Positions 45,771 to 55,352 are shown, counted from the first letter of the stretch. The stretch is DNA of 64,000 nt from an uncultured Chloroflexia bacterium (GCA_963766655.1 CAVYBB010000003.1:393097-457096), one strand, 5' to 3'. The notes: generated from the sequence alone by a model not told the origin. Made by a program: numbers and translations.

Positions 45771-45910
45771 CGGCGGGACCTCCTCGGTAGGGTGCCCAGC
45801 GTACCGCCGGGCGATCCGTCATCGATACCGTCGACGGTCGCCGCCCCCCGATCGCCGTCGCCGGGGACGGGCCCGAGCGACCGTCGCCCGGGCCTCGCCC
45901 GTTAGCCGCC

Positions 45911-47287
45911 TCAGCCGATCGGCGCGGGCGCCGGGGCCTCCGGAATGGCGCTCGTCTCGACTGCCGCGGCCGACCGCGGCTCGCGAAGCAGCTGGTAGAC
46001 GATGATCGCGGCGAAGGTCGCGGTCCCGATCCCGCCGAGCTCGAACCCGCCGATCCGGATGCCGAGGTTGCCCGCGCCGATGGTCAGGGCGACGGCCGCC
46101 GTGATCAGGTTGCGGTTGTTCGAGAAGTCGACCTTGTTCTGGATCCAGATCCGTGCGCCCGTCGCGGCGATCAGCCCGAAGAGCACGATCGACAGGCCGC
46201 CGAGAACGGGTCCGGGAATGGTCCCGATCAGGGCCCCGAACTTCGGCGAGAAGCCCATCGCGATCGCCACCGCGCCGGCGATGACGAAGACCAGGCTGGA
46301 GTAGATCTTCGTGACGGCCATGACGCCGATGTTCTCGGCGTAGGTCGTGACGCCCGTGCCGCCGCCGGCACCGGCGAGCATCGTGGCGATGCCGTCGCCG
46401 ACGAACGCGCGGCCGAGGTACGGATCGAGGTTCCGGCCGGTCATCGCCGCGACAGCCTTGACGTGGCCCAGGTTCTCGGCGACGAGGATGATCGCGACCG
46501 GGGCGATCAGGGTCAGAGCGCTTGGATCCAACGTCGGGGCGGTCAGGTTCGGGGCGCCGAACCAGGCCGCGTTGCCGAGCGCCGTGAAGTCGATCGCCGT
46601 GCCCCAGCCGAGCCCGTTTGCCAGGATCAGGTAGGCGACATATCCGAGGATCCCGCCGATCAGGATCGGCAGGCGCCGGAACATCCCGGGCGCCCGGACC
46701 GCGACGAGCCCGACCGCGACGACGGTCAACAGGCCGATGAGCGTCGCGAACTGCCTCGCGCCTTCCGGAGCGTCGCTGCTCAGGGCCAGGTTGCCGATCG
46801 CGACGGGCGCGAGGTTGAGCCCGATGACCGCGACCACGGCGCCGGTCACGACCGGCGGCATCAGGACCTCGATCCAGCGGTAGCCGACCGCCATGACGAT
46901 CGCGCCGATCAGGGCGTACAGCGCGCCCGCGGCGATGATCCCGCCGAGGGCCACTCCGAGGTTCGGGTTGGCGCCGGAGCCGGAGTACTGGGTTGCCGCG
47001 ATCACGACGGCGATGAAGGAGAAGCTGGACCCGAGGTAGCTCGGGATCCGTCCGCCGACGATCACGAAGAAGATCAGCGTGCCGATCCCCGAGAAGAGGA
47101 TCGCGGTGTTGGGGTCGAAGCCCATGAGGATCGGGGCGAGCACGGTCGCGCCGAACATCGCGAAGATGTGCTGGACTCCTAAGGCGACCGTCTGCGGCCA
47201 TGGCAGCCGCTCATCGGGCGCGACGATCCCCTCGCGCTTGAGGGTCCACTGGAAGAGGGCGCGCTTGGGCTGCTGCCCGGCGTTCAT
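45911..47287 (-). CDS. NCS2-family nucleobase:cation symporter (uracil/xanthine permease type)
   Basis: ATG 47287 follows GAGGAG. Motifs LGVQHIFAMFGATVLAP and TTYAENIGVMAVTKIYS. About 13 hydrophobic helices. The remainder of the 726-aa ORF upstream looks non-coding. Confidence 0.9.
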   Translation of the reverse strand: MNAGQQPKRALFQWTLKREGIVAPDERLPWPQTVALGVQHIFAMFGATVLAPILMGFDPNTAILFSGIGTLIFFVIVGGRIPSYLGSSFSFIAVVIAATQYSGSGANPNLGVALGGIIAAGALYALIGAIVMAVGYRWIEVLMPPVVTGAVVAVIGLNLAPVAIGNLALSSDAPEGARQFATLIGLLTVVAVGLVAVRAPGMFRRLPILIGGILGYVAYLILANGLGWGTAIDFTALGNAAWFGAPNLTAPTLDPSALTLIAPVAIILVAENLGHVKAVAAMTGRNLDPYLGRAFVGDGIATMLAGAGGGTGVTTYAENIGVMAVTKIYSSLVFVIAGAVAIAMGFSPKFGALIGTIPGPVLGGLSIVLFGLIAATGARIWIQNKVDFSNNRNLITAAVALTIGAGNLGIRIGGFELGGIGTATFAAIIVYQLLREPRSAAAVETSAIPEAPAPAPIG

Positions 47288-47427
47288 CGATCTGATCTCC
47301 TCGCCTGCTGGCCCCGCCCGGCTCACGGGCCGGGCGTGGGAGGTCTGTGGGGACGCCTCCCGCGAGGGTGTCAGAACGTGGTTCCGACGGGTAGGGCCGA
47401 TCGGCCTGTAGGGCCTCCGCGATCGAC

Positions 47428-47484
47428 GGTCTCCCGGACGATGGGACGTCGGTGACTCGACATTCGGCCCTCTCGTCCGGGACC
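47428..47484. promoter_or_regulatory. Long imperfect palindrome / stem-loop in the permease-GNAT divergent region
   Basis: TCCCGGACGA (47432..47441) is the reverse complement of TCGTCCGGGA (47473..47482), a perfect 10-bp pair with a 31-nt spacer. Flanking GGTC/GACC extend the pairing. Confidence 0.25.
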
Positions 47485-47485
47485 G

Positions 47486-48097
47486 ATGGCACTCCCGCCT
47501 GGACCCGGAGCCCGACACGATCGCGGGGTGATCGATGACGACATCCGTGTCCGACGTGTGAGGCCCGACGACACAGCCGAACTCGAGCGTCTGTACGCAG
47601 AGCTGAGCGATTCGAGCCGTCGCCTCCGGTTTCACAGCGCGTCGCATCCACTGGACGCCCGCGCCGCGGCGACGTTTGCCACGGCCGACCATCTGCGTCG
47701 CGAAGGCTTTGTCGCGGTCCATGGCCCGCGGGTCGTCGGCCACCTCGCGCTCGAGTCGCGCGGCGGCGGGGTTGACGAGGTGGCGGTGGTGGTGGATGAC
47801 CAGGTCCAGCACCGCGGGGTAGGGACCCTGCTCCTCGCGGCGGCTCTCGCGTCGGCGCGGCTGCGAGCAACGCGGTGGATCGTGGCGTGGGTGATGGCCG
47901 AGAACCGGGTGGCGCGGCACCTCCTTGAGGGCACCCACCGCCCGGCCCGACTCTTCTGGGAAGGCCCGATGGCGCGCTACGAGATCGAGGTGCCGCCGTT
48001 GCCGCCTGATCGCCGGGCTGCCGTGACGGCAGCGGCCGGGAAGCACCGACTCGCCACGCCGGGAGGCGTTGGCGGCCGAGGTTCGAGACATCCATGA
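47486..48097 (+). CDS. GNAT-family N-acetyltransferase
   Basis: Motifs IRVRRVRPDDTAELERLY and the acetyl-CoA motif VDDQVQHRGVGTLLL. The start is uncertain (an internal GTG near 47528 is possible). Confidence 0.7.
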   Translation: MALPPGPGARHDRGVIDDDIRVRRVRPDDTAELERLYAELSDSSRRLRFHSASHPLDARAAATFATADHLRREGFVAVHGPRVVGHLALESRGGGVDEVAVVVDDQVQHRGVGTLLLAAALASARLRATRWIVAWVMAENRVARHLLEGTHRPARLFWEGPMARYEIEVPPLPPDRRAAVTAAAGKHRLATPGGVGGRGSRHP

Positions 48098-48254
48098 CTC
48101 GAGGCTCTCAGGCCGGGCGCACGTCGGCGATGAGCGCGACGAAGTCCGCCACTCCGTCGGCCGCGGTCCGGGCGGGCTACCTCGGCTTCGCGACCGGGAC
48201 CCAGGGCGTCTTCATCGACGACACGGGCCTTTGTTTCAGGAAGGACCAGCAGCC

Positions 48255-49574
48255 ATGACGCGACATCCACTACTCCTCGAACGGCAATCCAGGCTCGCGC
48301 TTGCCGCCGCCCTCGTCGTCGCTCTCTCGGCCGGCTGTGTCGGCAGCCCCGCCGCAAGCCCGACTCCGACGATCACGCCGCCGGCCACGCCGACGGCCAC
48401 ACCATCTGCCACGCCGGCCGCGAGCCCGCCCGCGACGCCGGATCCGATCGGCTGGACGAGCCTCGCCTGGTCGGAGGGCGTCGCGCCCGTGGAAGGGCAA
48501 TTCGTGCTGGACCTGGTTCCGTGGAGCGACGGATACGTGGGCGTGGGTGGGGTCGACACGGGGTCGGGCCTCGACACCGCGTTCTTCACCTCCAGTGACG
48601 GGATCCAGTGGACGCTCGTGCAGCAGCAGCCGTCGACGCAGAGCGAAGTCGTGACAGGGGTGGTGGCGCGTGATGTAGTTCGGATCGGGAACCGGCTTCT
48701 CGCGGTCGGCGAAGCGTTCATGAACGCGCCGGGTCAGCAGCCGGACTTCGCTGCGCCCCTGTGGGTGTCCGACGACGGAACCACCTGGACGCAGGTGCAG
48801 AGCGCCACCTGGGACGCCGCCACCGCGTGGCCGGACCGGCTGCTCTCCGGGGCATACGGCGTGGTGGCGGTACGCGGGGGCGACGAGGACGCCATCGTGC
48901 TCCACTCGCTCGACGGATCCACGTGGGCGCAGACGACGCTACCGGCGACCGAGCGCGCAATTGCCAAGGACGCGATCGGCTTTTCGGGCGGTTTCGTGAT
49001 CGTGGGTCGCGACGGGCAGCCGGACGTGCTAACCGAAGTCTGTGATGCCTCATGCCCGCCGCCCGGCGTCGGGCGACCTGCCGCGTGGATCTCCGCGGAC
49101 GGGATCCACTGGGCCGAGGCGACGGTCGAGGGCAATGAGGTCGCCGGGGTGGAGCTGAGCCGGGTGGTGGCCGTTCGCGCAGGTTTCGTCGCCCTCGGCA
49201 TCAACAGCACCGCGGATTACTACGACCTGAAGATGACCAGCTGGACCTCGGAGGATGGGCGGACCTGGTCGATCGTCAGCGACCCGCAGTTGCCGTTCGC
49301 CAGGACCCCATATCCGGTGTACGCCGCGGATGGCGACCGGTCCATCGTCTTGGGCCGGGCCCCCGAGGGATCCGGGCCGGCGGCGTGGATGACCTCCGAC
49401 GGCGTGGTCTGGGCGCGCCTTGCGTTCGCCAACAGCCCTGCGGAGGTCGAATGCGGGGAGGACTCCTGTCTCAGGCTCCAGCAAGCCTGGCTGGTGCCAG
49501 ATGGCGTCATCGTGATGGGGACCCCGGGCCCGATCACTCCCGAGACCTTCTGGTTCGCGCAGCCGATGCCGTAG
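48255..49574 (+). CDS. Lipoprotein with six Asp-box (BNR-like, SxDGxxW) repeats; predicted beta-propeller
   Basis: ATG 48255. Lipobox ALSAGCVG and a Pro/Thr/Ala linker. Repeats: SSDGIQW, SDDGTTW, SLDGSTW, SADGIHW, SEDGRTW, TSDGVVW. Confidence 0.7.
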   Translation: MTRHPLLLERQSRLALAAALVVALSAGCVGSPAASPTPTITPPATPTATPSATPAASPPATPDPIGWTSLAWSEGVAPVEGQFVLDLVPWSDGYVGVGGVDTGSGLDTAFFTSSDGIQWTLVQQQPSTQSEVVTGVVARDVVRIGNRLLAVGEAFMNAPGQQPDFAAPLWVSDDGTTWTQVQSATWDAATAWPDRLLSGAYGVVAVRGGDEDAIVLHSLDGSTWAQTTLPATERAIAKDAIGFSGGFVIVGRDGQPDVLTEVCDASCPPPGVGRPAAWISADGIHWAEATVEGNEVAGVELSRVVAVRAGFVALGINSTADYYDLKMTSWTSEDGRTWSIVSDPQLPFARTPYPVYAADGDRSIVLGRAPEGSGPAAWMTSDGVVWARLAFANSPAEVECGEDSCLRLQQAWLVPDGVIVMGTPGPITPETFWFAQPMP

Positions 49575-49831
49575 GGTTGAACATGCCCGACGGCATCAGG
49601 TGAATCCCAGTGAGGTGGGCGAGAATCCCCTGTCCGCTCGCCGACCAGCCGCGGGGCGCTCGAGCGTTGGCTCCCCGGACGAATAAGACCGGCACGTTCG
49701 TGACCACATCACCACGGTGCGATGTCTCGCACGGGCACTCAGCCGACCGACGACGATGTGGGAACAGCAGCAGGGGATTCGCGGCGTCGCATCCGAGGTC
49801 GTCTCAGGACGCGGCGCGGTCAAGACCCAAA

Positions 49832-50554
49832 TCACCTTGAGCCCGTGACGAGGCGCTCCCGGTCGAACAAGCGCGAGGTGATCCGCCACCCGAGTCCGTC
49901 GAGGACGAGCAGGACGACCGCGAGGCCGACTGCGAGGCCGAGCGTCGGCGGGATGACGTTGAGCGCGACGAGCACCACGAGGAGGACCGGAGGCAGGCTC
50001 GCCAGGACGCCGAGCTGCTGCGCGACTCTGATGTCGCTTGATCGAGCGGAGATCCCGATGCCGACCCAGATCGACCACAGGGCGAGGAGCGGTGTGAAGA
50101 GCACCTGCGCGACCAGGTCGGGCAGCTGGATCAATGCCGCGGCGACGGTCGGTTGGGCGAAGAGTCCGGTACAGGCGAGGAAGAGGGCGAAGACCGCGTA
50201 GGCGACCACGAGCGACGGCAGCAGTGCCGCCAGTGCCTTGCCCAGCAGGAACTCCTCACGAGGGATGGGCGTGGTGAGGACCGGCTCGAGGGTGCCCTGC
50301 TGACGCTCGCCGACCACGGCGTACGCGGCGATGAAGACCGGTACGAGCGCCGGGATCCCGAGCAGGTAGAGAAGAACATGCTCGTGCGCGAGTTGGCCGG
50401 ATGCCGACGCGGGCAGGGTGAACACGACAATGAGCGGTTGAATGCAGAAGATCAACGGGAAGATGGCCATAGACCAGATCAGGGATCGGTTGCGCCGGTA
50501 CTCACGGAACTCCTTGCGGACGATGGCCCGGACCCGCCGCGCGCTGATGCTCAC
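49832..50554 (-). CDS. ABC-2 family permease (small, 6 TM)
   Basis: 240 aa. Motifs RKEFREYRRNRSLIWSMAIFPLIF and GERQQGTLEPVLTTPI. The start overlaps the ATPase stop. Confidence 0.8.
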   Translation of the reverse strand: MSISARRVRAIVRKEFREYRRNRSLIWSMAIFPLIFCIQPLIVVFTLPASASGQLAHEHVLLYLLGIPALVPVFIAAYAVVGERQQGTLEPVLTTPIPREEFLLGKALAALLPSLVVAYAVFALFLACTGLFAQPTVAAALIQLPDLVAQVLFTPLLALWSIWVGIGISARSSDIRVAQQLGVLASLPPVLLVVLVALNVIPPTLGLAVGLAVVLLVLDGLGWRITSRLFDRERLVTGSR

Positions 50555-51528
50555 CGCGTGGCCTCCACGTCCTGGTCGATCAGCTCGAGGTAGACGTCCT
50601 CCAGCGAGTGGCGCGACTCGCTGATCGATAGGACGTCGGCAGCGGCAGCTACCAGCGCCCGGGTGACGGCCGGCGCGGCGAGAACCGGGTCGGACACCGC
50701 CAGGACATAGTCGCCGCCGTCGAGTCGCCAGCTGTCGACGGCCGGCAGACCGCCGAAGATGTCGCCCGGTGCGTGGAGCGGGGCGAGGGTCTTCACGGTG
50801 AGGGTCCTCGCGAACAGCCGGTCGCGAAGCTCGCTGGGCCGGCCGATCGTGCGCAGGGTCGTATTCAGGATGGCGACGCGGTCACACAGGCGCTCCGCTT
50901 CCTCGAGCCGATGGGTCGTGAGGAAGATCGTGACGCCATGCTTGCTGAGGCCATCGATCAGGTCGTGCACCTCCCGCGCGGCGACAGGGTCGAGGCCGGA
51001 GGTCGGCTCGTCGAGGAACAGCACCTCCGGATCGCTGAGCAGGGCCCTCGCCAGGGCGACCCGCTGGCGGAGCCCCTTCGACAGCGTGCTGCCGGCATCC
51101 TGGGCGCGGTCGGTGAGATTGACCGCCTGGAGCGCGCTCTCGATGCGATCGCGCGGGTCGGCCACCTCGTACAGGTCGGCGAAGCACTCGAGGTTCTCGA
51201 ACACGCTGAGGTGCAGGTACATGCCCGGCGACTCGGGCATGATCGAGATCCTTCGGCGGATCTCCGCGCCGTTCTCTGAGGTCAACGGATAGCCGGCGAC
51301 CGTGGCCGAGCCGGACGTTGGTGCGATGAGGCAGCCGAGCGTCCGCACGGTCGTCGTCTTGCCCGCGCCGTTGGGGCCCAGAAACCCGAACACCTCGCCG
51401 CGCCCAACCTCGAACGAGACGTCGTCGAAGGCGATGCGGTCGCCGAATCGCTTGGAGAGGTGCTCGACCGATATCGCGGGGTCGCGGCGCTCAGCGCCTG
51501 ACGACGACAAGGCGGGTCCATCGCTCAT
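50551..51528 (-). CDS. ABC transporter ATP-binding protein
   Basis: ATG 51528 (MSDGPALSS...). Walker A GFLGPNGAGKTT, signature LSKGLRQRV, Walker B VLFLDEPTSGLD. Confidence 0.9.
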   Translation of the reverse strand: MSDGPALSSSGAERRDPAISVEHLSKRFGDRIAFDDVSFEVGRGEVFGFLGPNGAGKTTTVRTLGCLIAPTSGSATVAGYPLTSENGAEIRRRISIMPESPGMYLHLSVFENLECFADLYEVADPRDRIESALQAVNLTDRAQDAGSTLSKGLRQRVALARALLSDPEVLFLDEPTSGLDPVAAREVHDLIDGLSKHGVTIFLTTHRLEEAERLCDRVAILNTTLRTIGRPSELRDRLFARTLTVKTLAPLHAPGDIFGGLPAVDSWRLDGGDYVLAVSDPVLAAPAVTRALVAAAADVLSISESRHSLEDVYLELIDQDVEATR

Positions 51529-51599
51529 GGAGCGATTATCCGGGCGCCGGCCATCTTGAGCGCCCTCCAACAGCACCCCTTCGCTTCGGAGCCGACCGA

Positions 51600-51638
51600 C
51601 TCCATCCAACCTCCACGCGGGCTCCATCGGGGCTCCAC
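51600..51638. promoter_or_regulatory. Four direct CTCCAY repeats with exact 11-bp phasing; candidate OmpR/PhoB-type response-regulator binding array
   Basis: CTCCAT(51600) ccaac CTCCAC(51611) gcggg CTCCAT(51622) cgggg CTCCAC(51633). The array is flanked on both sides by CGACCGAC. It lies in the divergent region between starts 51528 (-) and 51726 (+). Confidence 0.45.
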
Positions 51639-51725
51639 CGACCGACGCGAGACTCGGAGTGTCACCGATCGCCACGGAATGCCGGAGGTACCGGCGGGAA
51701 TGATCGATGTTCAGAGGCAAGTCAG

Positions 51726-52244
51726 ATGAAGAAGCTCATGCTCTCAATCGGCGGTGCGTCCTTGCTGGTCCTCGTCCTGGTCGGGGCAGTCGCCGCGGTC
51801 GGCCCAGGCTCGGGTCCCGCCGGCGATCAGGTCCGCGGCCGGGACGCGATCCCGGCGATTCTCGGGCTTACCCAGGCGCAGATCGCGGAGCTCCGGCAGC
51901 AGGGGCTGACCCTCGCCCAGATCGCCGACCGGCAGCACGTCGATCCGCAGAAGCTCGTCGATGCTCTGGCGGCCCAGTGGACCGAGCGGATCGAGGCACG
52001 GGTGGCCAACGGAGCCATCACCGCCGATCGTGCCACGGAACTCAAGGCGCAGGTCGCGCTTCAGGCCAGGAACATGGTCTACAAGACGACGTTGGGCGGC
52101 ATGCATGGCGCCGTGGTCGGGGCGCGACCGCAGGCCGGAGCGATGGACGGGACCGGCAGTGGTGCCGCTCGTGGCTGGCGGGGTTCGGACACGGGGACTC
52201 GCGGGGCGGGGACCGGTATCTGCGACGGCAGCGGCCGCGGTTGA
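51726..52244 (+). CDS. Secreted/anchored hypothetical protein (helical, Gly-rich tail)
   Basis: ATG follows AGAGG. Signal-like MKKLMLSIGGASLLVLVLVGAVAAV. No family recognised. Lies immediately upstream of the two-component genes. Confidence 0.5.
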   Translation: MKKLMLSIGGASLLVLVLVGAVAAVGPGSGPAGDQVRGRDAIPAILGLTQAQIAELRQQGLTLAQIADRQHVDPQKLVDALAAQWTERIEARVANGAITADRATELKAQVALQARNMVYKTTLGGMHGAVVGARPQAGAMDGTGSGAARGWRGSDTGTRGAGTGICDGSGRG

Positions 52245-52315
52245 GCCACAGCCTCGAAGCCGCACCGGACGGCCGGATCTTCACCAAGGTCCGACCGTCC
52301 GCCTATGCTCCGGCC

Positions 52316-52999
52316 GTGACACGGATCCTCGTCGTCGACGACGAGCCGCATATCGTCGAGGTCGTCCGGGCGTACCTTGAACGCGAGGGGTACGCCGTGT
52401 CGACCGCGCTCGACGGTGACGCTGCGCTCGAGCGGATAGCCGAGGATGCGCCCGACCTCATCATCCTGGACCTCATGCTCCCTCGCCGGTCCGGCTTCGA
52501 CGTCCTCCGCGAGCTCCGCTCACGTGGGTCGTCGGCGGCTGTGATCATGCTCACCGCGCGGGACGACGTCGTCGACCGGGTTGCGGGACTCGAGATCGGC
52601 GCCGACGACTATGTCACCAAGCCCTTCGAGCCCCGCGAGCTCGTCGCCCGCGTCGGCGCGGTGCTGCGGCGCGTCGCCGGTCAGGCTCCGATGCCCGCCG
52701 CCACGACGTTCTTCGACCTGGTGATCGACACGGGAGCCCGCGAGGTCATTCGGGACGCAACCTCGCTCGGGTGCACGCGTGTCGAGTTCGACCTGCTCGC
52801 GGCGTTGACCGAGCGTCCCGGGATCGTGCTGACTCGCGAGCAGTTGGGCGACCTCGTGTTCGGGGAATCGTTCGAAGCGTTCGACCGGACGATCGACAGT
52901 CACGTCAAGAACCTCCGCCGAAAGCTCGGTCCGCGGCCCGACGGCAGTCAGTACATCGAGACAGTCCGCGGGGTCGGCTATCGGGCGGCCCGACCGTGA
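52316..52999 (+). CDS. OmpR/PhoB-family response regulator
   Basis: GTG 52316. Motifs ILVVDDEP, LIILDLMLP, DDYVTKPF. Winged helix TREQL...IDSHVKNLRRKL...VRGVGYR. Confidence 0.9.
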   Translation: MTRILVVDDEPHIVEVVRAYLEREGYAVSTALDGDAALERIAEDAPDLIILDLMLPRRSGFDVLRELRSRGSSAAVIMLTARDDVVDRVAGLEIGADDYVTKPFEPRELVARVGAVLRRVAGQAPMPAATTFFDLVIDTGAREVIRDATSLGCTRVEFDLLAALTERPGIVLTREQLGDLVFGESFEAFDRTIDSHVKNLRRKLGPRPDGSQYIETVRGVGYRAARP

Positions 53000-54144
53000 C
53001 CCTCCGCCTGCGCCTCGCGGCGACCTTCGCCTTCGTGGCGTTGGTGACGGCCGCCGTCGTCGCCATCGCGACCCCGCTCGTTGTCGGTCGGGGGTTCGCT
53101 CGGATCGAGGCCGGCGATGCCGGCGGGCCCGGATCGGGCGCCGGCCAAGGCGCCGGCCAGGGCGCGGGCCCGATGGCGGGGCTGCACGCCCAGCAGATCC
53201 AGCAGGAGACGGTGGTCACTCTCATCACGGTCGCACTCGTCGCCGCCGGCGGTGCCTCGCTCATCGGGATCGTGCTCGCCGGACGCATCGCAGAACCCCT
53301 GGGACGCCTTGGAGCCGCGGCGGCGGCGGTCGCTCGTGGTGACCTGCGGCGGCGTTCCGGGTTGGCGGACAGATCCGACGAGATCGGCGCGCTCGGGCGG
53401 TCGTTTGATGCCATGGCGAGCGATCTCGAGTCTGCGGAGGCCTCCCGGCGACGATTCCTCCAGGACGCTGCCCACGAGCTCAAGACGCCGCTCGCGGTCA
53501 TCGACGCGACGACGACGGCCGTCCTCGATGGCGTGTACTCGCATGACGAACGCCATCTCCAGACCATCCGGGACCAGTCGCGCCTGCTGGCCCGGATCGT
53601 CGACGACCTGCGCACGATCAGCCTCGCCGAGGCCGGTGAGCTGCCCCTCCAGTGGAAGCTCATCGCCGTCGACGAACTGGTGGCCCAGGTGTCGGCGGCG
53701 TTCGCCGCACGAGCGGTTGCGGCCGACCTCCTGCTCGAGCACGACGTCGAACCAGGTCTCGTCATCCGAGCGGACGCGGATCGCCTCACGCAGGCGGTCG
53801 GTGCGCTGCTGGACAACGCCCTCCGCCATACGCCGCCCGGCGGCGGAGTCGTCATAGAAGGCCGGTCGTCGGGTCCCAACGTCCGCATCAGCGTCCGTGA
53901 TAGCGGGCCGGGGATCCCTCCCCCCGACCAGGCCCACATCTTCGAGCGCTTCTACCAGGCGGATCCAGCCCGTGACCGCTCGACGGGCACGTCAGGTCTC
54001 GGGCTCTCGATCGTCAAGGCGATCATCGATGCCCACGGAGGATCTGTCGGGGTCGAGAACGTGGCCGGCACGGGCGCACGGATCTGGTTCGAGCTCACTG
54101 CCGCGCACGGACCCGCCGCGGATGCACCTTTGGTCGATGGCTGA
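52996..54144 (+). CDS. Sensor histidine kinase (2 TM, HAMP, HisKA, HATPase_c)
   Basis: GTG 52996 in a GTGA overlap. HAMP DEIGALGRSFDAMA, H-box FLQDAAHELKTPL, N/G boxes LLDNALRHTP, DSGPGI, GTSGLGLSIVK. Confidence 0.9.
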   Translation: MTLRLRLAATFAFVALVTAAVVAIATPLVVGRGFARIEAGDAGGPGSGAGQGAGQGAGPMAGLHAQQIQQETVVTLITVALVAAGGASLIGIVLAGRIAEPLGRLGAAAAAVARGDLRRRSGLADRSDEIGALGRSFDAMASDLESAEASRRRFLQDAAHELKTPLAVIDATTTAVLDGVYSHDERHLQTIRDQSRLLARIVDDLRTISLAEAGELPLQWKLIAVDELVAQVSAAFAARAVAADLLLEHDVEPGLVIRADADRLTQAVGALLDNALRHTPPGGGVVIEGRSSGPNVRISVRDSGPGIPPPDQAHIFERFYQADPARDRSTGTSGLGLSIVKAIIDAHGGSVGVENVAGTGARIWFELTAAHGPAADAPLVDG

Positions 54145-54191
54145 ACCGCCGCCCGGCTGTCAGTTCCTTGCCGCCCGGCCACTCGCACCGT

Positions 54192-55352
54192 TCAGGCCCC
54201 GGCGAGGATCTGCGGACGCCGAGAACGGGTTGGCGGCTCACCGAAGAGGCGAAGCTGCTCGCCAGCTGCCAGGAGACTCATCAACTCTGGAACGTGAAGC
54301 GGCAGCGCGTTCAGTCGATCGGCCGGCGCATACCACCGACCTCTAGTCACGCCCCGCGGCTCGAGCCAACCAACCCGCGTCATGCGAGCAAGCTCGGCAC
54401 GGGCGGCGGGCATGGATCGATCGGTGAGTTCTGCGAGGGCGGCGGTTCGCAGCCGACCAACACGGGCGGCCAGGAGTGGCGGTGCCCACCCGAGCGGATC
54501 GCCGGCATCGGCGAGTGCGGTGACCAGGACCCCGATGTCGGTCGGCAGCGCGTCGAGGATTCGATTCCGCGCCAGCAGCCGGTCGAGTGAGATCCGCGTG
54601 TAGTAGTCGACCCATTCCGTGACGGGGTGGTTGTCGGGATCGTAGGTCGGATCGAGGGTCGTCCTGAGAGCATCGACGTACTCGTTCCGGTTGCGGCGGA
54701 TGTAGGACTCGATGCTGATGAGCTCAGGCGACCGAATGCCGTCTCGAACGAGCTCCATCGCGGCGAGGATCCGAGCCGTCCGGCCGTTGCCGTCGTTGAA
54801 CGGATGAATGGCAATGATGTTGAGATGGAGCAGCGCCGACCGAACGAGCGGTGGTGTTCGATCCGCGCTCCGCAGCCACTCGATCAGCTCGTCCATGAGT
54901 CCCTGGACGACGAGAGGGCTCGGTCCCGTGAAGATCCCGACGAACACGTCTTCGCCCGGCCCCCGGTAATTGCCGTGGGTGTCTCGTGGGAGTCCCTCCA
55001 TGAGGTTCGCATTGATGAGGTGGATCACCTCATGCGACCAAGCGAACCCCGGACGGGCTGCGGCATGGCGAGCAAGGTTCAGGGCCCGGTTGTAGTTCTC
55101 GACCTCGCGGATGTGGTCCGCGTCGGCGTCCACAGCCGCGCCGGCCAACACCTCCTCAACCTGCCCCGGAGCTAGAGGGTTGCCTTCAATTCCCGTGCTG
55201 CCTGAGATCGCGGCATCGCGGGCCGCTGGCCAGACTGCGAGCGTTCGCCAACTGCCGGGCCCGAGGTCGGCATCGCGACGGGCCGCGTTCTCCCACCGGT
55301 CGAGCCGTTCTCGAACCGCCACGCTGGGCCTGTAGCTCAGATGGAGAGTCAT
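54192..55352 (-). CDS. Fic-family protein (class II type with an N-terminal inhibitory motif; C-terminal winged-helix-like region)
   Basis: Active-site HPFNDGNGRTAR. Upstream S-x-x-x-E-G motif in GSTGIEGNPL. Confidence 0.9.
   Translation of the reverse strand: MTLHLSYRPSVAVRERLDRWENAARRDADLGPGSWRTLAVWPAARDAAISGSTGIEGNPLAPGQVEEVLAGAAVDADADHIREVENYNRALNLARHAAARPGFAWSHEVIHLINANLMEGLPRDTHGNYRGPGEDVFVGIFTGPSPLVVQGLMDELIEWLRSADRTPPLVRSALLHLNIIAIHPFNDGNGRTARILAAMELVRDGIRSPELISIESYIRRNRNEYVDALRTTLDPTYDPDNHPVTEWVDYYTRISLDRLLARNRILDALPTDIGVLVTALADAGDPLGWAPPLLAARVGRLRTAALAELTDRSMPAARAELARMTRVGWLEPRGVTRGRWYAPADRLNALPLHVPELMSLLAAGEQLRLFGEPPTRSRRPQILAGA

Noticed and set aside
47428-47484. Possible PyrR binding loop in the permease leader (GGUCCCGGACGAGAGGG)
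   Set aside because: It matches the UCCAGAGAGG core only loosely, with inserted bases, so I do not call a PyrR element. It is reported only as a generic stem-loop.
45819-48095. Alternative-frame minus-strand ORFs over the nucleobase permease (45819..47201, 47211..48095), and the 5' extension of ORF 45911..48091
   Set aside because: The in-frame permease segment has clear NCS2 motifs and an RBS at 47287. The other frames and the extension are Arg/Pro-rich, and the extension is antisense to the GNAT gene.
48340-48440. Repetitive ACGCC/GCCGAC-rich stretch
   Set aside because: It encodes the Pro/Thr/Ala linker (PTPTITPPATPTATPSATPAASPPATP) after the lipobox of the BNR-repeat lipoprotein, which is ordinary for such proteins.
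53130-53175. Short tandem DNA repeat encoding GSGAGQGAGQGAG
   Set aside because: It lies inside the periplasmic loop of the histidine kinase and keeps the reading frame. It is a low-complexity coding repeat, not a repeat element or CRISPR-like array.
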